Shown: positions 19,759-29,418, numbered from the stretch's first letter. The stretch: 42,727 nt of DNA from an uncultured Sphingobacteriales bacterium (GCA_937888785.1 CALASI010000172.1:1-42727); one strand, 5' to 3'. Notes: a model not told the origin generated them from the letters alone. Made by a program: numbers and translations.

Positions 19759-21102
19759 ATGAACCGCCGACTATTTATCAGAAACACTTCACTTGCTACC
19801 GCCACTTTATTTTCACCAGCTCTTACCAAAGCTCTTTCATTAAATTCTACCGGTAGAGTCATAATTATCGGCGCAGGCTTCGCGGGGCTTTCAGCCGCTT
19901 ACAAATTAAAAAAGAAAGGAACTGATTTTGTGGTTCTCGAGAGCCGGAAACGCGTTGGCGGCAGAGTATTTTCTCACAATATTTCTGACAATCTTGTTAT
20001 TGAACTCGGCGGTGAATGGGTAGGTAACTCACATACACGTATGCGCGAACTTTGTGATGAATTGAAACTAACCTTACAAAACAATCAGTTTGATACACAT
20101 TTAATTTATAAAGGCCAATACTCGCCGGCTAACCAATGGAATTACAGCGACGGCTGGCAAAAGAAATTTAAAAAGATCATTGAAAACTACGGGCAAATGT
20201 CAGAGGCTGATAAAATAAAACTCGACAAATACGACTGGTGGCGGTTTTTAGTGAATAATGGTTGCGAAGGCCGCGATCTTGAAATCAGGGAATTGCTTGA
20301 TAGTACTGACTTCGGCGAAAGCATTCGCCACATCTCTGCTTTTGCGGCTTTAGCAGAGTATGCGGAAAGCAGTGAAAAAAATGAAATGGATTTGAAGATA
20401 AAGGGAGGCAATTCAATGTTTGCAAATGCGCTCCTCGAAAAAGTAGGCCGACAAAATGTTTTCACCGATCATACTGTCACAAATATTATTCAAAAAGATA
20501 AAGTAGCGGTTCACTGCGCTAACGGAAAAGTTTTTACAGGCAGTAAAATCATTTGCACGGTTCCAACGTTTTCATTGAAAAAAATACAGTGGGATCCGGC
20601 TCTTCCGCAAACCCACATCAACGCTATCAATCAATTGCAGTACGCGCGCATCAGCAAGCACGCCATGCATTTCAGCAAACGGTTTTGGAAAGATGAGTCT
20701 TTTGATCTCGTTTCTGACCAATCGCCACATTATTTTTATCATGCTACAAAAAATCAACCGGGAGACGACGGTGTTTTGATTAGTTACACCATCGGCGATA
20801 AAGCCGCATCAAATAATAACCAATCCGATGAATACCTGGCGCAGGATGTGTTTCGTTGCCTGGAACCCCATTTTGGAAACATTAAAGATTTATTAAAAAA
20901 GCAAACGCGCTATTATTGGGGCAACGATCAATATTCCTACGGCGCTTATGCAATGTACGGTATTGGCCAATGGTTTGGCCTGATGCCGGTGCTTAAAAAG
21001 AAATTCCTTCATACACGTTTTGCCGGGGAACATCTTGCAGACTGGCAGGGTTTTATGGAAGGTGCTGTAAATACGGGCGAGGCCGCTGTTGACGAATTAT
21101 AA
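19759..21102 (+). CDS. Tat-exported flavin monoamine oxidase family protein
   Basis: MNRRLFIRN signal, IIGAGFAGLSAA, RVGGRV, ELGGEW, FAGEHL...GFMEGA. Confidence 0.88.
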   Translation: MNRRLFIRNTSLATATLFSPALTKALSLNSTGRVIIIGAGFAGLSAAYKLKKKGTDFVVLESRKRVGGRVFSHNISDNLVIELGGEWVGNSHTRMRELCDELKLTLQNNQFDTHLIYKGQYSPANQWNYSDGWQKKFKKIIENYGQMSEADKIKLDKYDWWRFLVNNGCEGRDLEIRELLDSTDFGESIRHISAFAALAEYAESSEKNEMDLKIKGGNSMFANALLEKVGRQNVFTDHTVTNIIQKDKVAVHCANGKVFTGSKIICTVPTFSLKKIQWDPALPQTHINAINQLQYARISKHAMHFSKRFWKDESFDLVSDQSPHYFYHATKNQPGDDGVLISYTIGDKAASNNNQSDEYLAQDVFRCLEPHFGNIKDLLKKQTRYYWGNDQYSYGAYAMYGIGQWFGLMPVLKKKFLHTRFAGEHLADWQGFMEGAVNTGEAAVDEL

Positions 21103-21200
21103 AGATCATCACAAAGCAACTTTTTTCAATTTCCACGCACTACTAACTTCCGTCAAAAACAAGGCAATATAAAAGCGTTAGCTCTCATCCATTTCCCGCA

Positions 21201-23372
21201 CTATTCACCTAACTTCTTTTTCAGGTCATCTATTTCTTTCTGCTTTTGTTCCAGTACTTTTTTAATGTCTTCCTTTGATGGGTCTGCCGCGGGCTTTACC
21301 GGTTGCGCGTCATAACGATAAACGCCACCCGGTTGCGGCACTGCAGGAGCCACGGGCGGTACAGGAACAGCCGGAACTTTTGTAGTATCATCATTAGCTT
21401 TCCAACTGTAATTTTCTCCATCCGTATTTGTAGAAACTGTTTTCTTATCGGGGTTTACAAGTTTACCGGTGCTGTCCATCACATAGTCCACACCTGCTTC
21501 ATATCCTGTAATCCGCCTTTTGAAAGAGACCAGGCCGCCCCTGCGTGAATCGCTATAATCACGTGCCATGATTTGCCCGTCGCTTAATTTTTGAAAAACA
21601 GAAGGATCGATTTTTATCTTCTTCCCAACAGGCACCTGAATTTTTACGTTTACATTTTGAAAGCGGTACTTGCTGTTTTTATCAATGGCAAACCCGTTTG
21701 ATAAATCTAAACTGCTATCTTTTGAAACAACGCTGTATTGAATTTTGTTGGCACGGCTACGTGCCTCCTCATCGGTTTTGCCCAGGGCTTCTTTTGCAAC
21801 AATTACACGATATAACGAGTCCTCACTTTTTTCAAAATCAAACGAAATCATTGACAGCTTTAAAGTATCCGGAGTAAAGTTAAAACCACCCAGGTCGTTG
21901 CCTCCGTTCAGCCATCGGTAATCCCGGTTCTGATAAGCAAGCTCCGGCTGGTTTACAGTTAAAATCATCTTGCCATTTGATGGTTGTGTAATATTGATCG
22001 GAGTTTCAACATTTTCAATTCTTTTTAAATCCTTTGAAACGCTGGCAATAAACATCACCAGGCAAATCCACCCAACGGTCCACAATCCGCCAAATAACCA
22101 GTTCAAATAATTTCCCGGAGTACGAATGTTTAAAATCATTCGGGTTAAACTCACCAGCATACCTATAATTGGGGCGCCAACAAAGAAAAGCAATGTACCC
22201 CATGCCCACATTTGCTGGTTATCACTTGTCCATAAAAAATTATTAATAGGCGCCCATGCGAAACCGCTGAACAGGAAGGCCAGAAAGGCGATGAATAAAG
22301 ACACCACAATTGTTCCGGCGATGAAAATGAAAAACGCCCTAAAGATCATCGCGATCGCATAACCAATTCCTTTTCCGCCGCGTGCTGCCGCCCTGCCGAA
22401 TTCCTTACCAAACTCCGGCCCGCGTTTTTGTGCGAATGTATTTACCTGTGTGCCGATTCGATCGCCGGCCTGTTTTACCTCTTCGCTCCAGCTTTGCATC
22501 CGGTCTTTAAAATCACCCATCGAATTTTGCACGTTTTCTTTAATCGTGTTCACGTCAATCGTTTTTCCGTGCATTTCCATTTTTTGATATGGAGTGTTTG
22601 CTTCGGGCAATATGATCCATAAAACAATGTAAGCGAAAATAAAAGTACCGGAAAGACTGCCGAAAAATATGTTGGGGAAAATAGCAAAATCACTATCCCA
22701 GTTGAAAAAATGAACGCCTTTTAATGCGCTTATAATAAGCGGTATTGCAAGAACCCAACGGATGGTTGTAGGGTTGATATTGAAATAAGCGCCAATGCCT
22801 CCCGCAACGCCACCAATCACTTTATCATCAGGGTTTCTGTACATTTTTTTGCCGTTATAAACACTCATGTTTTTTGCAGGCAGAAAAATCCATAGTAAAA
22901 TATAAACGAGAATACCGCTTCCAAAACCACCAAATGAAATGATAGCAAATAACACTCGCACCACAGTGGGATCAATATTTAACCAGTTGGCAATTCCACT
23001 ACAAACGCCGCCAATCACTTTATTGCTTTCATCGCGGTACAGCCTGCGTTTTTCTCCGGTTGTGAAATTGGGCCCGCTGTAATTTTGAGATGAACTTTCG
23101 TCTTTCGCATCCTTATCAAAATCTTCCGGGCGGCCCATTGTGGCAATCATCTCGTCCACGTCAGCATCAGTGATATGTGCGGCGCCTTTGCGTATCTTAT
23201 CCTGCATCAGTTCAGAAAAACGGCTTTCAATATCTGTAATGATTTCATCGCGCCCTTCTTCATTACGATAATACTGGCGCAGGCTTTCAGTATATGCTTT
23301 GATTTTTTCGAATGCAGAATCTTCAATGGCAATATTTCTGCCGCCGAGTGTGATGTTGATGATCGTTTTCAT
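21201..23372 (-). CDS. PspC-domain membrane protein (two PspC repeats)
   Basis: RLYRDESNKVIGGVCSGIA and KMYRNPDDKVIGGVAGGIG, several TM helices; follows a PadR gene. Confidence 0.88.
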   Translation of the reverse strand: MKTIINITLGGRNIAIEDSAFEKIKAYTESLRQYYRNEEGRDEIITDIESRFSELMQDKIRKGAAHITDADVDEMIATMGRPEDFDKDAKDESSSQNYSGPNFTTGEKRRLYRDESNKVIGGVCSGIANWLNIDPTVVRVLFAIISFGGFGSGILVYILLWIFLPAKNMSVYNGKKMYRNPDDKVIGGVAGGIGAYFNINPTTIRWVLAIPLIISALKGVHFFNWDSDFAIFPNIFFGSLSGTFIFAYIVLWIILPEANTPYQKMEMHGKTIDVNTIKENVQNSMGDFKDRMQSWSEEVKQAGDRIGTQVNTFAQKRGPEFGKEFGRAAARGGKGIGYAIAMIFRAFFIFIAGTIVVSLFIAFLAFLFSGFAWAPINNFLWTSDNQQMWAWGTLLFFVGAPIIGMLVSLTRMILNIRTPGNYLNWLFGGLWTVGWICLVMFIASVSKDLKRIENVETPINITQPSNGKMILTVNQPELAYQNRDYRWLNGGNDLGGFNFTPDTLKLSMISFDFEKSEDSLYRVIVAKEALGKTDEEARSRANKIQYSVVSKDSSLDLSNGFAIDKNSKYRFQNVNVKIQVPVGKKIKIDPSVFQKLSDGQIMARDYSDSRRGGLVSFKRRITGYEAGVDYVMDSTGKLVNPDKKTVSTNTDGENYSWKANDDTTKVPAVPVPPVAPAVPQPGGVYRYDAQPVKPAADPSKEDIKKVLEQKQKEIDDLKKKLGE

Positions 23373-23387
23373 TTTATGTATTTTGAA

Positions 23388-23720
23388 CTATTTTGTAATT
23401 TGAGTAAGAGCATTTACAGCGTTTGATAATTCTTCCCAGGTTTGCTGTAATTCCTTGTAGAATAGCTCGCCCTGTTTAGTGAGTGAAAAATACTTTCGTG
23501 GCGGGCCGGCAGAACTTTCCTCCCAACGGTAAGTAAGCATACCTGAATTTTTAAGCCTCGTTAAAAGTGGGTAAAGCGTCCCTTCCAGAATATCCATTTC
23601 AGCATTTTTCATTTCTTCAATAATATCGCTGGGGTAAGCTTCTCCTCTTTTTATTATGGAAAGAATACAAAACTCCAGTATTCCTTTGCGCATTTGGCTT
23701 TGTGTATTCTCTATATTCAT
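23388..23720 (-). CDS. PadR-family transcriptional regulator
   Basis: QMRKGILEFCIL, EGTLYPLLTRL, GPPRKYF. Start at ATG 23720, TATCTTTG box at 23738-23745. Confidence 0.92.
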   Translation of the reverse strand: MNIENTQSQMRKGILEFCILSIIKRGEAYPSDIIEEMKNAEMDILEGTLYPLLTRLKNSGMLTYRWEESSAGPPRKYFSLTKQGELFYKELQQTWEELSNAVNALTQITK

Positions 23721-23912
23721 TTGTTTGATTTGTAGGTCAAAGATATTGGTGACATTTAGTATTAGGCAATACAAAGTACTGTTTAATGCAATTTTTGTCG
23801 GTAAGCGGAGTTTTTCATCGGTGAACGGGCAGAACTGTTGTTCTCCCATTTATTCAAAAAGTTATTGCTACCTTACAACGATTACAAAATCATATAAACC
23901 ATAGTTCAGACG

Positions 23913-24890
23913 ATGAAAGTTTTTATCACGAACCAAATACCCGAAACAGGAATTCAAATGATCAAAGACGCCGGGCATGAGGTTACTGTTTTTCCATCAG
24001 AACAAACGCCCATTCCACGCGACGTTTTAATTGAGAACTGTAAAAAACATGATGCATTATTGGTAGCGGGCTTTGCAAAAATTGATGAAGATTTTTTTCT
24101 GCAATGCCCCAATATTAAAATGGTGTCGTTGTTTTCTGTTGGGTATGATAGTGTTGACCTTGCAGCCGCCACAAAACATAAAGTTCCTGTCGGGAACACT
24201 CCGGATGTACTGAGCAAAGCCACGGCAGACACGGCTTTTCTGCTGATGCTTGCCGTTTCCAGAAAAGCTTTTTACAATTATAAAAAGATCCTTGACGGAA
24301 GGTGGAAGCAGTTTGAACCGGTTGCCGATTTGGGCATTGACCTTCACGGCAAAACCGTTGGTATATTTGGGTTGGGGAAGATTGGTTTTGAAATGGCACG
24401 AAAATGTAAAGCGGCGTTTGATATGAAAGTGATCTATCACAACAGGAGCCAAAACGAAAATGCCGAAAGAGAGCTGAGTGCAAAATATGTGTCGTTTGAT
24501 GAACTTTTGTCGCAAAGCGATGTAATTTCAATGCACGCCAACCTCACACCCGAAACAAAAGGTATTTTCAATAAAGATGCATTTGCAAAAATGAAGCCTA
24601 CTGCCCTTTTTGTAAATACCGGCCGCGGCAACATGCACAACGAAAACGATCTTAAAGAAGCGCTGGATAATGCCACGATTTGGGGTGCGGGACTGGATGT
24701 GACAAATCCCGAACCCATGAACAAAGACAATCCACTCCTGCTTTATCCTAATGTTTGCGTTCTTCCGCATATTGGCTCAGCAACGCAGGAAACCCGCAAT
24801 GCAATGGCAGTATTAGCTGCGCAAAATGTAATTGCCGGGTTGAAAGGAGAAAAATTACCGACTATCGTCAATAAAGAAGTGTACGGCTAA
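23913..24890 (+). CDS. D-isomer-specific 2-hydroxyacid dehydrogenase (glyoxylate reductase-like)
   Basis: GIFGLGKIG, VNTGRG, GLDVTNPEP, LPHIGSAT. Confidence 0.9.
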   Translation: MKVFITNQIPETGIQMIKDAGHEVTVFPSEQTPIPRDVLIENCKKHDALLVAGFAKIDEDFFLQCPNIKMVSLFSVGYDSVDLAAATKHKVPVGNTPDVLSKATADTAFLLMLAVSRKAFYNYKKILDGRWKQFEPVADLGIDLHGKTVGIFGLGKIGFEMARKCKAAFDMKVIYHNRSQNENAERELSAKYVSFDELLSQSDVISMHANLTPETKGIFNKDAFAKMKPTALFVNTGRGNMHNENDLKEALDNATIWGAGLDVTNPEPMNKDNPLLLYPNVCVLPHIGSATQETRNAMAVLAAQNVIAGLKGEKLPTIVNKEVYG

Positions 24891-24973
24891 AAATACCTGT
24901 TTAGGGCTATCAAAATCATTATTTATGGTGACAGCAGTAAAGACAATTTGAGATAGCTTTGAAAAAAAGTTTT

Positions 24974-25420
24974 ATGAAGAATTATTACTTATTGTTGTTG
25001 GCAACCATAATGGTAACAGTGGTAAATGCCCAGGAAACATCAGGTTTTGCCCTGCATCGCATTGACCTTAAAACACCTTTGGCTCAGAATAATAAAACAG
25101 CTCTTTTCGGGCAAGTGTCCGATAAAAAACTCAGATCAGAACAACATTATAAAAATCTCAGAACCATCGGAATCGTTACAACCGCAGCGGGAGTGGCTTT
25201 TGAGGTGATAGGGATCAATATGACTGTTAATCATATGACACTTTTGGGTGGTGAGTCTAACGCTACAAGTAATTGGGGCGCCGGCGGTATGTTGGGCGGA
25301 GCCTTGGCAACAGCTGGCGGCATCACCATGTGGGTGATGGGCAACAGGAGGTTAAAAAAAGTGCGAAAACTTAATTTGGAGCAGTCGGGTAATAACCTGA
25401 GCCTGGTGTATAAATTCTAA
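24974..25420 (+). CDS. Hypothetical exported protein with Gly-rich hydrophobic helices
   Basis: Signal peptide ending VNA-Q, two hydrophobic segments, C-terminal LSLVYKF. Confidence 0.65.
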   Translation: MKNYYLLLLATIMVTVVNAQETSGFALHRIDLKTPLAQNNKTALFGQVSDKKLRSEQHYKNLRTIGIVTTAAGVAFEVIGINMTVNHMTLLGGESNATSNWGAGGMLGGALATAGGITMWVMGNRRLKKVRKLNLEQSGNNLSLVYKF

Positions 25421-25605
25421 GTTTCTGTTTAGAAATTTATATTGACACCGATTTTTCAAATAAGGAAAAGTTATGCCGCAATTGCTCCTGAAATGAAACC
25501 TTCAACAGGGTAACAAATATTTTTAGGTACGCGCTGGTGTTGATGCTATAAGACACAAGCCGTCCTACTGGCGACATGCCCGCCCCGAAAGTTTTGAATT
25601 AAAAA

Positions 25606-26835
25606 TCACTTCCATGCCGGTCTTTTTGGCAACCAGGGCATTTCAGGTACTTCTGCACGAACACGGTAATAATTGTTTCTCAGCGAATCGTTCCAGCCGT
25701 TAGGGTTTCGGTCAAAACTCTTGCTGCTGAAATAAATACTGCCCTGGATGCCGGGAGTGTGCCTTAAAATCTTTATTTGATTCGGCAGTTCATTTGGGTT
25801 TCGGTAAGCAGCGCTGGCTGAGCTGGTTTCCCATGCCCGGTAAATACCGTGGCCAATGTACACATGCCGCCCGAAACTGTTGGCAGCCCACCAGTCTGTA
25901 AGTTTTTGGTAATCAATCAAAGCATCACCAATGGGGCGGTACAATTGTGGTGTTACATAATCGATCCACCCTTTGCGCATCCACAATAAAATATCAGCGT
26001 ACAGTTGATCAAAATTGCTCAGGCCGGCTTTTGAATCGCTGCCTAAAGCATCGTCTTTTCCGTTACGCCAAACGCTGAAAGGGCTGATACCAAACTTCAC
26101 ATAAGGCTTTGTTTGTTTGATAACGATATTAATGTTCTTTATCATTGAATCAACATTAGCCCTGCGCCAATCGGCTTTACTGAGTGAGGTTCCGGACCTG
26201 CGGTACGCATTTTCATCTGGGAATTCTTTGCCTCCGATTGGATAGGGGTAAAAGTAATCATCCATGTGAATGGCGTCAACATCATAACGCCTCACAATAT
26301 CATGAATTACATTTATCACAAATTGCTGCACCTCTTTATTTGAAGGATCAAAATAACGAGAGGTGCCGTAAGTCAAAAACCAGTCAGGCCTTTTTTTAAG
26401 CATGTTGTCGGATGAAATTGAAGACCTCCCGATCGAATGTTCTGCACGGTACGGATTGAGCCATGCGTGAAACTCCATGCCACGTTTATGTGTTTCTGCA
26501 ATCATAAAAGCAAGCGGGTCATAAAACGGCAATGGCGCTTTGCCCTGCACACCCGTTAACCACTGGCTCCATGGCTCGTAGGGTGAAGGATAAAATGCAT
26601 CCCCTGCCGGTCTTATCTGCATAATGATGGCGTTCATGCCGTTTCGTTTGTGTAAATCAAGCTGGCTTATAAAATCTGCTTTTTGCGCTTCGCTTGAAGC
26701 ACGTGTGGGCGGCCAGTCAATATTGGCAACCGTTGCGATCCAAACACCACGAAATTCACTTGCGGGTTGTGCACTAACGATACTACCAATAAAAAAAATT
26801 GCTAAGAATAAGGAGGGGATTTTTATGTTGACCAT
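25606..26835 (-). CDS. Glycosyl hydrolase-like 10 (YddW/DUF187) protein
   Basis: EFRGVWIATVANIDWP, GMEFHAWLNPYR, YDVDAIHMDDYFYP, GWIDYVTPQLY. Confidence 0.9.
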   Translation of the reverse strand: MVNIKIPSLFLAIFFIGSIVSAQPASEFRGVWIATVANIDWPPTRASSEAQKADFISQLDLHKRNGMNAIIMQIRPAGDAFYPSPYEPWSQWLTGVQGKAPLPFYDPLAFMIAETHKRGMEFHAWLNPYRAEHSIGRSSISSDNMLKKRPDWFLTYGTSRYFDPSNKEVQQFVINVIHDIVRRYDVDAIHMDDYFYPYPIGGKEFPDENAYRRSGTSLSKADWRRANVDSMIKNINIVIKQTKPYVKFGISPFSVWRNGKDDALGSDSKAGLSNFDQLYADILLWMRKGWIDYVTPQLYRPIGDALIDYQKLTDWWAANSFGRHVYIGHGIYRAWETSSASAAYRNPNELPNQIKILRHTPGIQGSIYFSSKSFDRNPNGWNDSLRNNYYRVRAEVPEMPWLPKRPAWK

Positions 26836-26899
26836 ACTTACAAAAATAGGGATTGAAGGGAAAGGGCAAAATTAAAAGCACAATTATGCCAACGCAATC

Positions 26900-28462
26900 C
26901 TATTCGTCTTCAATTCTCTTTCTCTTGCTTGCCAGGTATTTAGTATGAATAATTTCCTGCATTGGCTTGCCTTCCACTTTGCTTTCAAGCCAGGAAATAA
27001 TATCAAGATAAGCAAAGGAGCGGGTTTCAAAACGGTTACCTTCAAGGTGTTTCACTTTGTCTAAAAACTTTTCAAACTCCGGCTTTAGTTGCTTTCTTGT
27101 GAATTTAAAAGAGTTGCGGAAGAAGCGGAACATTTCCTGCTCGATCACTGTGAGATTTTTCATTCGGCTCATATAACGGAACACCGATCGTGTGAGATAA
27201 TCCATCAGTTCAAGATTGCCCAGTTCGTAATGCGCGAGTAAATGCACCAGGCGGGCATAACATTGCAAATCTGTTCGTAAACCTGATGAATCGTTAATGA
27301 TTTTTTGCAGGTAATCAATACTGCTGCTATAATCCCCTGAAAGAAAATAGAGCATCGCAATTTTGTAATTAATCACCATTACGCGGTGCCTGTCAAGAAA
27401 AATTGAATATTCCCCAAGCTTTTCCTCAATGTAAGGCACTTCGTTAAGCCCTTCTTTTGTAAGGCCGGTAATAATGTAGAAGTTGATCTTGGCGCCTGCA
27501 ATGTAAACAAAGGACTGAACGGTGAAGTTTTCATTATTCTGCACCCGCGGGCTTAAAGAAAATTCGTCAAACCTTTTTAAATCTTTACTTAGCTTTTCAT
27601 AGTTGCGTAAATCAAAATGGGCATTCAGCAAATTGTGAAAGCCGCGGATGTAGTGGCCTGTCTCCACGCGGATCATGTTGGGTTTGTGATCAAAAAGGTC
27701 AACCCATTTTTGCGCGTAGCGGTAGTATAATAAAAAATCCTGCCTGATAAATGCATACCACGTGTAGGCCTGGTAAAAATATAATCTCTCATAGAAACCT
27801 TCCTGCTGTGCAGAACCCGAGGGTAATGTTTGTCTGAAGAATTTTTTTACCTTTTCTTCCTCGTCTTCGTTACGGGCGTGGCCGTTAGCTATAAAAAATC
27901 CGTACATCTGCAAAGAAAGGTTAGACAGCCTGGTAACCATATCCAGCTTTGTATTAGCTTCATTCGCTTCTTCCGAAAGTTCATCAATACGAGCGGGAAA
28001 GGTATCAGTTACATTCAATGCTTCAATTCTTTTTTCAAGCGATAAAAGCAACGGTAAAAAGAAGTACTTCTGGTTCAGCTTTGCCATTTCCTTTGCGCGG
28101 TCAATGATGCGAAGGCTTTGATAAAACAACCCTTTTTTATATAAAATATGTGCTGAATCAAACAATTCATTCAATTGCAGGTCGAGGCTGTCGCCGCTTT
28201 TTAAAAGACGAAGGCTTGCCAATAACTCCTTATACAAATGTGATTTTAGATTGGAAAGCTGCGGTTTGGTAACATCTTTTAATTTTCTGAGAAGGACGGC
28301 TTCGTCATAGGGCTCCATCTTATCAATTGTGTCAAATAATTTAATGATTTTAAGGTCTTCGTTGCCGGAGCTTCTTTTTATATAAAGTTTAAAATTTCTT
28401 TTCTCAGACTTTTCAAGAGAATGAATTAACTGGTATAATATATCCGTAGGGCGATTTGACAT
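26900..28462 (-). CDS. Uncharacterised 520-aa helical-repeat (TPR-like) cytoplasmic protein
   Basis: Long ORF with no signal peptide and an amphipathic helical pattern; N-terminus LYQLIHSLEKSEKRNFKLY. TACATTTG promoter box at 28471-28478. Confidence 0.75.
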   Translation of the reverse strand: MSNRPTDILYQLIHSLEKSEKRNFKLYIKRSSGNEDLKIIKLFDTIDKMEPYDEAVLLRKLKDVTKPQLSNLKSHLYKELLASLRLLKSGDSLDLQLNELFDSAHILYKKGLFYQSLRIIDRAKEMAKLNQKYFFLPLLLSLEKRIEALNVTDTFPARIDELSEEANEANTKLDMVTRLSNLSLQMYGFFIANGHARNEDEEEKVKKFFRQTLPSGSAQQEGFYERLYFYQAYTWYAFIRQDFLLYYRYAQKWVDLFDHKPNMIRVETGHYIRGFHNLLNAHFDLRNYEKLSKDLKRFDEFSLSPRVQNNENFTVQSFVYIAGAKINFYIITGLTKEGLNEVPYIEEKLGEYSIFLDRHRVMVINYKIAMLYFLSGDYSSSIDYLQKIINDSSGLRTDLQCYARLVHLLAHYELGNLELMDYLTRSVFRYMSRMKNLTVIEQEMFRFFRNSFKFTRKQLKPEFEKFLDKVKHLEGNRFETRSFAYLDIISWLESKVEGKPMQEIIHTKYLASKRKRIEDE

Positions 28463-28621
28463 TTGAGGCGCAAATGTATACCCTAAAACTCACTTTCTGA
28501 AAATAAATATCAGCAAAAATAACGGTGGGCATCTTTCAGATAATTTCCTGAAACCCTTAACAACACTGCATTCTTACATTTTCTTAACAGTTTGGATGTT
28601 CATAAAACAAGCAATAATTGG

Positions 28622-28654
28622 TTTGGAATAGCCTGCTTTTAAAGGCTATCTTTG
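28622..28654 (+). promoter_or_regulatory. Bacteroidetes sigma-A promoter for sRNA copy 1
   Basis: TTTG (28622-28625), 21-nt spacer, TATCTTTG (28647-28654): the full -33/-7 consensus with no ORF downstream. Confidence 0.75.
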
Positions 28655-28659
28655 TGTTA

Positions 28660-28785
28660 TCAAATTCAGAAGTGATAGGAAAGTGAGAGAAAAGCTGTAG
28701 GCAGCACAAATAGTATCAAGTTTTTTTCATATGGCAAGCAATCGTTAGAGGTCAGTCCGTTTCTACGGAAGGACCTTTTTTGTTT
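28660..28785 (+). ncRNA. Putative sRNA, copy 1 (~125 nt)
   Basis: Promoter, purine-rich 5' part, conserved core, terminator AGGTC-ag-TCCGT-ttct-ACGGA-ag-GACCT-TTTTT. Ends are approximate. Confidence 0.7.
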
Positions 28786-28802
28786 TCAGGATGTTTGTAT
28801 CC
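28718..28802 (+). repeat. Direct repeat copy 1 (partner 29487-29571)
   Basis: 28718-28781 is identical to 29487-29550 (64 nt); 82 of 85 nt match over the extended repeat. Confidence 0.97.
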
Positions 28803-28855
28803 GGAATTTTTCCCAACGTATAATATTTTAAGGCCATGGCCTAAATAGCTCAAGC

Positions 28856-28887
28856 CGTTATATTGGTTATACGTTATATTGGTTATA
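28856..28887. repeat. Tandem duplication (CGTTATATTGGTTATA)x2
   Basis: Read directly from the sequence. Confidence 0.9.
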
Positions 28888-28902
28888 ATAAATGCGTTGC
28901 AT

Positions 28903-28927
28903 AAAAAAAAATCCCCTTGAGAGGGGA
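28903..28927 (-). terminator. Minus-strand intrinsic terminator
   Basis: Minus strand reads UCCCCU-CUCA-AGGGGA-U9. The U tail exists only on the minus strand. Confidence 0.8.
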
Positions 28928-29148
28928 ATAATTTGGTGAAAATTTGTAGTTATTTTTTAGAAATCGCACTTTTAATCTGGTTCGGCATTCATATAAGCAA
29001 GCAATCGTCAGAGGCAATCAAATTAGAGGTCTGTTAACGAGACGAATAACCTAACGCACTAACAATTCTTTTTAATTCGTCAATTTTTCAACTCAGCAAT
29101 CAAATCAGAGGTCTTGAACTTTGCAAACGCCCAAAAACTGCGATTGCG
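28903..29148 (-). ncRNA. Putative ~245-nt antisense/sponge RNA with three sites complementary to the flanking sRNAs
   Basis: Near-consensus -7 box TATTTTAG (29160-29153), minus-strand terminator, complementary sites at 28988-29014, 29014-29031 and 29095-29113. Confidence 0.55.
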
Positions 29149-29418
29149 GGGACTAAAATAGAGCTATTTTTTTATTTTCTTTAAATTTTGTTGATGTTTT
29201 TTTAACAAAGCGATAAAAACTATTTAAAAACGCGCTTTTTGTTAATATTTATGCAGAACCATGCGTTTTTATGCGTTTTTTAATGCAAAAACAACGTTTG
29301 GAAATAATCGCTTTTTTCACATTAAACTCAACTACAACAAGTATTTGAGGAAGCATGGAGTTCCTTAGCGGTCATTATTTTAACAATTTATTGTTATTAA
29401 AGCTGTTAGAAAACGATG

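Noticed and set aside
21201-23720. PadR plus PspC-domain pair as novel
   Set aside because: A common envelope-stress arrangement in Bacteroidota.
25500-25595. GC-richer intergenic patch (also 7890-7965) as an ncRNA or REP element
   Set aside because: No convincing stem, promoter or second copy in the window; at most a decayed repeat.
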